Shown here piece after piece: positions 55,638 to 63,359 of a DNA stretch of 63,359 nt. Every line of letters starts with the position of its first letter. Position 1 is the first letter of the stretch. The notes below the pieces were generated by a model. The model saw only the letters and a list, made by a program, of their open reading frames with translations. It was not told where the DNA came from and made no database searches. Position numbers and translations under genes: made by a program. Source of the stretch: Arcobacteraceae bacterium (lineage in GTDB: Bacteria; Campylobacterota; Campylobacteria; Campylobacterales; Arcobacteraceae); assembly GCA_029939245.1 (NCBI GenBank), contig JAOZTH010000001.1, positions 1 to 63,359 of the forward strand, written 5' to 3'.

Positions 55638-56747
55638 TCACTTTGGCACCTCTGCTGTCAAATAATCAACCATAAAGCTATCTTGTATCTCATACTTTCC
55701 TTTAGAAACCTTAGTCAGTAAACCTAGATTTTCCAATTGTACATTTCTTAGATATCTTAGGTTTGAATCCAAGCCATCGGCAGTGTTGTTTGCTATGTCA
55801 TACATTAGCTTATATGTGCCTTTGATATTTTTAGTTCTTTCTATTTCTGCTTCTATTAGTCTTTTTGCAGAATCATAAGCTAAGTTATAAGCTCTTGCTA
55901 TATCATCTTTTTTGATTGTATTTCTATTGTCTTCTAAAAGTAAATAATAAATCTTTTGTAGCAACATCACAGTATTGTATGGGTGACAATTTAATCTAGT
56001 AAGGATATCGTCAAAATCCATTGGATTTTGAAATATAATGTTTTTATTTTTCAATAACTTTATAACATCGGTTTTTAAATCTTTTTTATCAAATAGATCA
56101 AGTTCTAAAACTATTCCAAATTTATAAAACGGAGATGAATACTTTTCAAAAATATGATACATAAGCTTTTCTATACTCCCTGCAAAAATATATGTAATAG
56201 TTTTGTGCTTTTGAAATGTAGCTCGAAGTATATTTAGAATTTCTGGATAGTTGTATTTTAAAATATCTTGAAATTCATCTAAAAATATCACTGTTTTGTG
56301 GTTTTGTTTTATATTTATAGTCTCAAATTCATCTAACATTGAACATAAGTGTTCTAATTTTTGTGTATCATGTGAAAGCAACTTGATAGTCGTTTTTATA
56401 TCGTTATAAGACAACTGAACTGTATCTATCTCATCTATCAAATCAGTTACCATCTTTTTGGCCTTTTGTACAAAGTTTTTTATACCATAAATAGCAAAAT
56501 ACTTTTCACTTAAACTTTGAGTTAGCAAGTCAATATTTGGATATCTTTTTATATCACATGATATGGGAGTAGTTTTTTTATCTTTTATGTTTAAAAATAT
56601 ATGCTCTATGAGAGATGTTTTTCCATATCCTCTTGGAGCTTTTAAAGTAAAACTTTGATTGTTGTTTATGTATTCTGTCAATATTTTGATTTTGATTTTT
56701 CTGTCGAAAAAGTATTTACCACTAACAACGGAGCCAACATTAAACAT
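55638..56747 (-). CDS. Orphan AAA+ ATPase (archaeal-type ATPase / COG1672-like) with a C-terminal winged-helix-like region
   Basis: 369 aa. It has FFDRKIKIKIL, Walker A APRGYGKTS, Walker B VIFLDEFQ and …CHPYNTVML…. The C-terminus reads LENLGLLTKVSKGKYEIQDSFMVDYL. The gene looks visibly more AT-rich than its neighbours. Confidence 0.65.
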   Translation of the reverse strand: MFNVGSVVSGKYFFDRKIKIKILTEYINNNQSFTLKAPRGYGKTSLIEHIFLNIKDKKTTPISCDIKRYPNIDLLTQSLSEKYFAIYGIKNFVQKAKKMVTDLIDEIDTVQLSYNDIKTTIKLLSHDTQKLEHLCSMLDEFETINIKQNHKTVIFLDEFQDILKYNYPEILNILRATFQKHKTITYIFAGSIEKLMYHIFEKYSSPFYKFGIVLELDLFDKKDLKTDVIKLLKNKNIIFQNPMDFDDILTRLNCHPYNTVMLLQKIYYLLLEDNRNTIKKDDIARAYNLAYDSAKRLIEAEIERTKNIKGTYKLMYDIANNTADGLDSNLRYLRNVQLENLGLLTKVSKGKYEIQDSFMVDYLTAEVPK

Positions 56748-56795
56748 ATCTAGATTTCCTTTTTTCTTTTATTCTATCAAAAGATATTAATTTAA

Positions 56796-56829
56796 CTCGT
56801 GTGATTTACAATGTTGTGATTTACACGAG
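56796..56829. promoter_or_regulatory. Candidate operator upstream of the ATPase gene: TGTGATTTACA x2, bracketed by inverted CTCGTGT/ACACGAG
   Basis: Read directly. The direct repeats lie at 56800-56810 and 56815-56825, about 50 nt upstream of the ATPase start codon. Confidence 0.3.
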
Positions 56830-56869
56830 TAAGAGTTATGCAAGAGATGCCCTTTAGACAAATATCTGT

Positions 56870-56899
56870 CTTTTGTATTGTTTGAAAACAATACAAAAG
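56870..56899 (-). terminator. Strong hairpin downstream of acs (12-13-bp stem CTTTTGTATTGTT/AACAATACAAAAG)
   Basis: Perfect inverted repeat about 100 nt past the acs stop. A second, looser hairpin (CACCTCTAAA…TTTAGAGGTG, 56903-56963) lies between it and acs. Confidence 0.4.
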
Positions 56900-56999
56900 G
56901 ACACCTCTAAATATCATTTGTCATCTATACATTTTGCTCATTTTCAAGATATTTTTAGAGGTGCCCTTAAGTGTATCTCTAATACAAGTCTTTCGCTAT

Positions 57000-58937
57000 T
57001 TATTTATACAACTCTTCTATCACTCCTACTATGTTTGCATCTTCCAAAGTAGATGTGTCTTGAGTGATAGCCTCACCTTTGACAATACTTCGCAGTATTC
57101 GTCTCATAATTTTTCCCGATCTTGTTTTTGGTAGGTCTGGCACTATGATGATATCATCTAGCAAAGCTATAGCTCCTATGTCGGCTTTGAGTATCTTGTT
57201 TAGCTCCAACTTCAAATCATCTTTTGATATACTGCCCTCATCTTTTAGCACGATGAAAGCAAATATACCCTCACCCTTTATCTCATGTGGTTTGCCTACT
57301 ACAGCAGATGCGGCTACACGGTCGCTATCTTTTATCGATGCTTCTATCTCGGCAGTGCCTATCCTATGACCGCTTACATTTATGACATCATCGGTTCGTC
57401 CAGTTATAGTGATATATCCGCTCTCATCTATCATGGCACCATCTCCAGAGAAATACACAGGCCGACCATCATAGACACAATCACCAAAATATGCTTTGAC
57501 AAATCGCTCATCATCGCCCCATATAGTCCGTATCTGTGACGGCCACGGCTTTGTGATACATAGAAAACCTTTCTCTCCTATAGGTGTAGCCTCGCCATCT
57601 GTCTCTATGATAGCAGCCTGGATACCCGGCAGTGGCAAAGTGGCACATCCTGGTTTGATAGGAGTGCAAGAAGCGATAGGTGAAACCATATGTCCGCCTG
57701 TCTCTGTCTGCCACCAAGTATCTACTATACTGCATCTGCTTTGACCTACAACTTCATAATACCACTTCCAAGCAGGTGGGTCTATAGGCTCGCCTACAGT
57801 TCCTAGCACTCTTAGACTGCTTGTGTCGTATTTTGTAGGTTCGTCTTGTCCTGTCTTGTGTAGCATTCTTATGGCCGTAGGTGCTGTGTAAAATTGATTT
57901 ATACTATGTTGCTCCACCATTTTCCAGCATCGTCCAGCATCTGGATATGTAGGAACTCCCTCAAATACCACAGTAGTAGTGCCGTTTGCCAGTGGTCCAT
58001 ACACTATGTAGGTATGCCCTGTGATCCACCCTATATCGGCTGTACACCAGAAAGTATCCTCTGGGCGGTTGTCAAATACCCAGCCCATAGTTAGTTTCGC
58101 CCACAATATATATCCTGCCATATTGTGTTGCACTCCTTTTGGTTGTCCTGTGCTACCAGAAGTGTATAGCAAAAATAACGGATCTTCACTATCATGCCAC
58201 ACTGTCTCTAGTTTTTCGCTTTGTTTTTGGATAAGCTCATCGTAGAAGCTGTCTTTTGGCTCTGTTTGTATGGTTTCAAAGTTTCGTCTAACTACACAGA
58301 CATTTTGCACTGTCTCACATCCACTTCTCATAGCTTCATCTACAGCTGGTTTTAGCATATATGGCTTGCCTTTTCTATATGCTCCATCAGCTGTGACCAC
58401 CAACTTTGCCTTGGCATCTATGATTCTATCTCTCAAGGCTTGTGATGAAAATCCACCAAATACTATAGAGTGAATAGCACCTATCTTTGCACATGCGAGC
58501 ATAGAATATATCGCTTCAAGTATCATAGGCATATATAGCACAACTCTGTCACCCTTTTTTATACCATATTCACCCATAAATAAATTTGCAGTTTTGTTTA
58601 CATTGATTGCTAGTTGTTTATAAGAAATTTTTATATTTGTGCCATCATCTGCTTCAAACAATATAGCGATATTATCGCCTCGCTCTTTGGCATGTTTGTC
58701 TACACACTCATATGCTACATTCATCTTGCCATCTTTGAACCACTTGTTAAATGGTGCTTTTGATTCGTCCAGCACATCGGTAAATGGCTTTTGCCATGTT
58801 ATATTGTCGCGAGCTAACTCTCCCCAAGTGCCAGCATAGTCGTCGTCAAATTTTTTGACTAGACTTTTATAGTCATCCATATCCTTAAATACAGGGTTTT
58901 GAAATATACCCTTGTTTGGCTCATACATCTTGCTCAT
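57000..58937 (-). CDS. acs: Acetyl-CoA synthetase
   Basis: 645 aa with the AMP-binding motif YTSGSTGQPKGV, …TGDGA… and …PKTRSGKIMRR. Confidence 0.93.
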   Translation of the reverse strand: MSKMYEPNKGIFQNPVFKDMDDYKSLVKKFDDDYAGTWGELARDNITWQKPFTDVLDESKAPFNKWFKDGKMNVAYECVDKHAKERGDNIAILFEADDGTNIKISYKQLAINVNKTANLFMGEYGIKKGDRVVLYMPMILEAIYSMLACAKIGAIHSIVFGGFSSQALRDRIIDAKAKLVVTADGAYRKGKPYMLKPAVDEAMRSGCETVQNVCVVRRNFETIQTEPKDSFYDELIQKQSEKLETVWHDSEDPLFLLYTSGSTGQPKGVQHNMAGYILWAKLTMGWVFDNRPEDTFWCTADIGWITGHTYIVYGPLANGTTTVVFEGVPTYPDAGRCWKMVEQHSINQFYTAPTAIRMLHKTGQDEPTKYDTSSLRVLGTVGEPIDPPAWKWYYEVVGQSRCSIVDTWWQTETGGHMVSPIASCTPIKPGCATLPLPGIQAAIIETDGEATPIGEKGFLCITKPWPSQIRTIWGDDERFVKAYFGDCVYDGRPVYFSGDGAMIDESGYITITGRTDDVINVSGHRIGTAEIEASIKDSDRVAASAVVGKPHEIKGEGIFAFIVLKDEGSISKDDLKLELNKILKADIGAIALLDDIIIVPDLPKTRSGKIMRRILRSIVKGEAITQDTSTLEDANIVGVIEELYK

Positions 58938-59361
58938 ATTTTCTCCTTATCGACAATCTTATTTGTTCAAATTTTTTATAAACCTTGCTATCTGTAGCAA
59001 GATTATCAAATATACCATAAGATTGTCTTATGTATTGTGGGTATAATATCGGTTTTGGCTTAAAGTTATCTTTTTTTGGCTTATTTGTGACAAAATAGTT
59101 TATATCTTTGATATTAGGAAAACCTATTTGAGATAATATCGTCAATATCATATCGGTATTATGTTTAAATTCTTGTTTGTACATAGGGTGATTTAGCACA
59201 AAAAACAGTACATCGTTTTTTGTATAAAAAAACTCAACTCCATCTTTGAGTGTAGGTGGCAATATCGACAATAGCTTATCAAGTTTGCTTTGAGTTCGAA
59301 GCTTACTATAAGCCTTTTCGTCTTGAAACTTTGCTATGACATACGATATTGGTCTAGTCAT
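58921..59361 (-). CDS. DUF721-like (possible DciA-type) protein
   Basis: 146 aa. …KLLSILPPTLKDGVEFFYTKNDVLFFVLNHPMYKQEFKHNTDMILTIL… fits the DUF721 pattern loosely. Confidence 0.35.
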   Translation of the reverse strand: MTRPISYVIAKFQDEKAYSKLRTQSKLDKLLSILPPTLKDGVEFFYTKNDVLFFVLNHPMYKQEFKHNTDMILTILSQIGFPNIKDINYFVTNKPKKDNFKPKPILYPQYIRQSYGIFDNLATDSKVYKKFEQIRLSIRRKYEQDV

Positions 59362-60281
59362 CAGTTGATATAGGTCAGACTGTCTATATACTTTTCATTT
59401 TTGCCTGCGACTAAGTCAAAGTAGGCACTTTGGAGTTTTTTGGTTATATCTCCTGCTTTGCCGTTTCCTATAACTCTGCTATCTACATCTCGCACAGGCG
59501 TTATCTCGGCAGCAGTGCCTGTGAGAAAACACTCGTCGCATATATATACCTCTTCACGAGTTATCTTCTGTCTTTTGACCTCTAGCCCCATATCAGTAGC
59601 TAGGTCTATGACTGTCTTTTGTGTGATGGAGTTGAGCGAATTGTCATTTGGTGGCGATATGAGACAGCCATCGCAAACCATGAAAAAGCAAGCCCCACTA
59701 GCTTCTGCTATGTAGCCTTGGTCGTCTCTCATGAGCGCTTCATCATATCCACAATCTATCGCTTCATGTTTTGCCATCTGTGAGTTGAGATAGTTTGCCG
59801 ATGCCTTTGCTTTGCCTAGTCCAGATGTATTTGAGTTTCTAGTCATAGATGATATCTTTAGTCGTATGCCGTTTTTCATACCCTCTTCGCCCAAGTATGC
59901 TCCCCACTTCCATGCACTTATACTCACTTTTACAGGAGCTTCTTTGTGATATATACCCATGACACCATATCCTAGATAGACCAAAGGTCGTATGTATGCT
60001 CCGTCATATAGCTTGTTGTCTTGTAGTAGCTTGATCTGTGCTTGGTTTAGCTCATCTATAGTATATGGCACATCTATCAGTGTCATCTTAGCAGAATCAA
60101 ACAGCCGGCGGGTGTGTTCGTGTAGCTTAAATATAGCACATCTGCCATCGTGAGTTTTGTATGCTTTGGTGCCTTCAAACACTCCGTTGCCGTAGTGCAA
60201 AGTATGCGAAAGCACATGTATATTTGCCTCATCCCACGGCACCATATCGCCATCCATCCATATATATTTTGATTTGTCCAT
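59361..60281 (-). CDS. ilvE: Branched-chain amino-acid aminotransferase
   Basis: 306 aa. It has IWMDGDMVPWDEANIHVLSHTLHYGNGVFEGTKAY and a fold-type IV PLP enzyme layout. Confidence 0.9.
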   Translation of the reverse strand: MDKSKYIWMDGDMVPWDEANIHVLSHTLHYGNGVFEGTKAYKTHDGRCAIFKLHEHTRRLFDSAKMTLIDVPYTIDELNQAQIKLLQDNKLYDGAYIRPLVYLGYGVMGIYHKEAPVKVSISAWKWGAYLGEEGMKNGIRLKISSMTRNSNTSGLGKAKASANYLNSQMAKHEAIDCGYDEALMRDDQGYIAEASGACFFMVCDGCLISPPNDNSLNSITQKTVIDLATDMGLEVKRQKITREEVYICDECFLTGTAAEITPVRDVDSRVIGNGKAGDITKKLQSAYFDLVAGKNEKYIDSLTYIN

Positions 60282-60392
60282 AATTATCCTATTTTTTAGT
60301 ATTATATCAAATTAAAATAAATTTTGGTATTGTAGTCGAGATATATCATACGATTTGGGCTATGATAGATGGTATGACTACATCATAACCAA

Positions 60393-60422
60393 AGCAAAGA
60401 GACGGTAGGCTGTCTCTTTGCT
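60393..60422 (-). terminator. Hairpin terminator after the 60432..61043 gene
   Basis: 11-bp stem AGCAAAGAGAC/GTCTCTTTGCT with an 8-nt loop. On the minus strand it is followed by TTTGGTT. Confidence 0.5.
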
Positions 60423-60431
60423 GTGAAAAAA

Positions 60432-61043
60432 TTAGTGAGCTGTGTTTAAGTTTTCTAGTATCTCTACTTTTGCAGATTTTATCGTAGTTTCTTTTTTTAA
60501 GTTATCTGTTATAGAAAATATATCTACGATATTGTCAGGTGCAAAAATAGCATAACTCAAACTTTTGATATTTGAAAGCAGTTTGATAGGATAATTTGCT
60601 CTCAAACTATCTATATCGCTAGAGTCGGTATATTTGACTATGATCGTCCCCATGACTATGCCGGCATTTTTGGTTCTGGTGTTATACACTACCATCTTGT
60701 CGTTTGATGTGGGAGCTATAGTAGCAGATGTAGATGCTGTGCTTGAGGCTGTCTTGTTTGGGACTATGTCCTCTTTGACATATATCTCTAGATTGCCTTT
60801 TTTGCCTAAGCTTTTTATACTTGAACCGCTTTTTGCAGTGTTTGTCTTGCTACTTTGTGTTTTTTGAGTTTTTGCAAATACTCCGGGCATTAGTTTAAAT
60901 CTATCTTTGCCACTTTCAAACTCAACTCCTGTAGCATATTTGGCAAATACACTACTCTTTTCTTTTGTTTTGGTCTTGATAGCAAACACCACCGATACGG
61001 TAGCGACCAACAAAACCAAGATCATTATTTTTTTATTTATCAT
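60432..61043 (-). CDS. Secreted protein with a C-terminal subtilase-propeptide (I9)-like region; candidate trans-acting chaperone/inhibitor for the upstream S8 protease
   Basis: 203 aa. It has a signal/anchor segment, a Ser/Thr-rich linker, then GTIIVKYTDSSDIDSLRANYPIKLLSNIKSLSYAIFAPDNIVDIFSITDNLKKETTIKSAKVEILEN. An RBS (AAGGAAAA) follows the protease stop after a 34-nt gap. Confidence 0.45.
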   Translation of the reverse strand: MINKKIMILVLLVATVSVVFAIKTKTKEKSSVFAKYATGVEFESGKDRFKLMPGVFAKTQKTQSSKTNTAKSGSSIKSLGKKGNLEIYVKEDIVPNKTASSTASTSATIAPTSNDKMVVYNTRTKNAGIVMGTIIVKYTDSSDIDSLRANYPIKLLSNIKSLSYAIFAPDNIVDIFSITDNLKKETTIKSAKVEILENLNTAH

Positions 61044-61077
61044 ATTATTTTCCTTAAATTATATCTATATCTTTGTC

Positions 61078-63359
61078 TCAACGACCAAAGAATTTTATCT
61101 TCCAGCTTTTCAGCACACCAGTATCAGTATCACCTGTATCTACGACTTTGATAGTCCAGTCTCCGATACTGTCTTCACCATAAAAGGCATTTGACAGCAT
61201 TCTCATATCTTCTAAATTATCAGAATCACCAAAACCACTTTTGATAGTGAAAAGCACACTTCTAGTGCCACTAGGAGATATTAGCTCGATACCCAAATCG
61301 CCCGTGTGGGTATGAGATATATCTACTTCTAGCCAAACTGCCTCTATGGTAAGATCGACAGACACACTGCTCGTATCGCTAGCACCTGTGGCACTGTTGT
61401 CTGGTATAGCTGTATTTATAGTACCGCTACTAGTCCAATCGCCTTTTATAAATGCAGGCAAACTAGTGTGGACTTTTGCCAAAGCTATGGCTCCATCTAC
61501 ATTTACCTTGCCAAATCCATAGGCATTGTGAAACTTAAATCCAGCACTATTTGTGATCCAACCAGGCTGGGCTACATAGTTACCAGCCCCTGTAGTGTAG
61601 TCGATAGCCTGTCTTGAGCTATCTACTTGCACGGCTGACGATGCTAGTATATGCTTGACATCTCTCCATGTCAAAGCAGGATTTGCCTCCAATATCAATG
61701 CAACTACTCCAGATAGTATTGGTGTAGCCGATGATGTGCCATTGAAAGTAGAAATATAGTTACAATCTTGATTGTAGTTTTGGTTGATAGCGTGAGTAGT
61801 ATCATGAAAAGGTGTTGCTTTTCTACCAGACACTCCACCTATATCATATGTTCTATTTGTATATCCTTTTGAGCAGCTAGATTGATCTGTTGTTATCATG
61901 GTTGGACCAGATGTAGATTTTGATTCACCATACTGTAGATAGTTAGAACCAAACTCACCGCCATAAGAACCAATCCACACACCAGAACCCCAAGTAGTAT
62001 AAGACGATACTTTATCGTGAGCATTTATGGCACTTACCATAATATTTGCTGGGTGAGTATCGTGTGGTTCCATATTTGAGTTTTCACATGAAATATTGAT
62101 ATCGTTTGCTGCACTACAGTTTGCGTCTTTATATTTTCCAAAGCCATTTCCTGTAGATTTAACATATATTGCGCCCTTGCCATCTCTTAGCTTTTCTACA
62201 CCATTCCAATAAATTCCATCATGAAATTCACTCGCAGATCTAGCAGATGTATAAGTGATACCATAGCTTTGATTGAAAATATCAACATCCGCTGACATAG
62301 GGTCGCTACCTAACGAATATGCATAATAAGATAAATATGGATATCCGCCAAGTAGGTTAAAGCCTCTTATGCTTGACTTTGGAGCTACACCTCTGCCGCC
62401 CTTGCCATTCCAACCAACTGCAGCAATAAGTCCTGCCACACTTGTGCCATGATCTCCATCTGTTGTGCTACTAGTCGGATCGTTGTCTTGACATGAGGTA
62501 CTAAAGGATTCGCCATCAAAGTCGCAAGATTTACCAGGTTCAATATTATCCGCCAAATCCTCATGGGCTATCTCTAGCCCACTGTCTACGATAGCTATTT
62601 TTACACCAGCACCAGTCAGCCCTTCGCCGATAGTCAAATCTTGATTTATATCAGAACCGGTCGTGCCATTTTTTTCCGAAAAAGCACTTTGTCCTGTGTT
62701 TTTAAGATACCACTGATGCACAAAAAGTGGGTCTATGGCTATATCTACAGTGATAGTCGCATTTTTCTCTTCGCCATCGACAGTAGCTTTCACTACGAAA
62801 CTATCGCTTGTAGCACCTGCTGTATCGGTGTATTGATATGTGAAATTTTTGTCAGATATGATAGTCGCTGTCCCTTTGGTAGGCGGAGTTACTATGGCGA
62901 AACTATATCCTGTAGTATCTGCAGTAGTATCAAAAACTTCTCGTAGTAGCATGCCTTGTTTGACCTCTATGGTTTTGTCACTTATAGCTACCAATATATC
63001 TACTATATTTATAACCACTGTTTGATTTGCTTCATCCAAAGTAGCACCTATATCTGTAGAAGTTTCTTTGGCAGTCGCTAAAAATGTGTATGAGGTTTTG
63101 GTCTCATAATCTGGAGCTGTTTTAAAGGTCACTACACCAGTAGAGCCGTTTATGTCAAAGTCAGCACTATCGCCATCGCTGATAGTATATGTGATATTTT
63201 TGTCATCGCCACTTTGCGATGCTAGTAGTGTCACAGCTGAGTTTTGATTTTCATCTATATTGACAGTAGCAGACGAAGTGAACTTAAAGCTCGTATCGGT
63301 AGAGCCTCCGCCTCCGCCATCACTACCTCCGCCTTTGCCACCACAGCCGACTAAAATTA
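61078..63359 (-). CDS. Kexin-like subtilase (S8) lipoprotein with N-terminal cadherin-like repeats and a C-terminal proprotein-convertase P-domain (5' end beyond the window)
   Basis: The frame stays open to the window edge, and upstream of the ORF-track GTG it reads …ILVGCGGKGGGSDGGGGGSTDT… (lipobox LVGC). A cadherin-like repeat is present (ENQNSAVTLLASQSGDDKNITYTISDGDSADFDINGSTGVVTF). The mature-start motif is DPLFVHQWYLKNTGQ. The catalytic residues are D (IAIVDSGLE), H (DHGTSVAG) and S (GTSSATP). The P-domain reads HTHTGDLGIELISPSGTRSVLF…GDWTIKVVD…W. Confidence 0.88.
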   Translation of the reverse strand, partial: ILVGCGGKGGGSDGGGGGSTDTSFKFTSSATVNIDENQNSAVTLLASQSGDDKNITYTISDGDSADFDINGSTGVVTFKTAPDYETKTSYTFLATAKETSTDIGATLDEANQTVVINIVDILVAISDKTIEVKQGMLLREVFDTTADTTGYSFAIVTPPTKGTATIISDKNFTYQYTDTAGATSDSFVVKATVDGEEKNATITVDIAIDPLFVHQWYLKNTGQSAFSEKNGTTGSDINQDLTIGEGLTGAGVKIAIVDSGLEIAHEDLADNIEPGKSCDFDGESFSTSCQDNDPTSSTTDGDHGTSVAGLIAAVGWNGKGGRGVAPKSSIRGFNLLGGYPYLSYYAYSLGSDPMSADVDIFNQSYGITYTSARSASEFHDGIYWNGVEKLRDGKGAIYVKSTGNGFGKYKDANCSAANDINISCENSNMEPHDTHPANIMVSAINAHDKVSSYTTWGSGVWIGSYGGEFGSNYLQYGESKSTSGPTMITTDQSSCSKGYTNRTYDIGGVSGRKATPFHDTTHAINQNYNQDCNYISTFNGTSSATPILSGVVALILEANPALTWRDVKHILASSAVQVDSSRQAIDYTTGAGNYVAQPGWITNSAGFKFHNAYGFGKVNVDGAIALAKVHTSLPAFIKGDWTSSGTINTAIPDNSATGASDTSSVSVDLTIEAVWLEVDISHTHTGDLGIELISPSGTRSVLFTIKSGFGDSDNLEDMRMLSNAFYGEDSIGDWTIKVVDTGDTDTGVLKSWKIKFFGR

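Noticed and set aside
55645-56965. 9-bp inverted pair GGCACCTCT / AGAGGTGCC flanking the orphan ATPase gene as terminal inverted repeats of a mobile element
   Set aside because: It is only 9 bp, one copy lies inside the ATPase CDS, and no transposase or target-site duplication is visible. A match of this length in AT-poor words over ~1.3 kb can arise by chance.

Overview
AT-rich bacterial chromosomal window. Gene content and synteny (birA-parA-parB, an LPP20 lipoprotein cluster, short overlapping genes) suggest Campylobacterota; this is inference, not a search result.

Left end: a ~1.1 kb ORF-free spacer full of short direct repeats, then tRNA-fMet and tRNA-Gln. Next is a tetR-OMF-RND efflux operon. 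Its RND gene is cut in two exactly at an A8 homopolymer, and the operon has no periplasmic adaptor gene.

Middle (6.7-25.7 kb): ordinary housekeeping genes: nrdB, a CN-hydrolase, the LPP20 cluster, nth, bioF, apt, rmuC, ligA, an RDD protein, lptD, murI, birA, parA, parB and dnaE.

Accessory-looking block (25.7-48.9 kb):
- a LolA-like protein plus an MMPL/RND-like exporter;
- a Lys-rich beta-barrel OMP;
- two tandem giant lipoproteins (1475 and ~1761 aa) built from alternating He_PIG-like and Big_2-like Ig domains. They are packed with D/E-X-N-X-S/T sequons and both end in the same Cys-rich tail, CxxDCxDNCDNY;
- immediately downstream, a ten-gene type II secretion-like operon in an unusual order. 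Its secretin carries a C-terminal SPOR-like domain.
I consider this lipoprotein plus T2SS-like pairing the best candidate for an undescribed system: dedicated surface display of glycosylated giant lipoproteins.

Right end: pmm/pgm, an amino-acid ABC transporter, a Gate-domain membrane protein, an FAH-family gene whose conserved N-terminus lies upstream of any canonical start codon, a LysE exporter and RNase P RNA. These are followed by an AT-rich islet with an orphan AAA+ ATPase, then acs, a DUF721-like gene and ilvE. Last is a kexin-like S8 lipoprotein (5' end off-window) followed by a stand-alone propeptide-like gene.

All family assignments come from reading motifs in the supplied translations. 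No database search was run.
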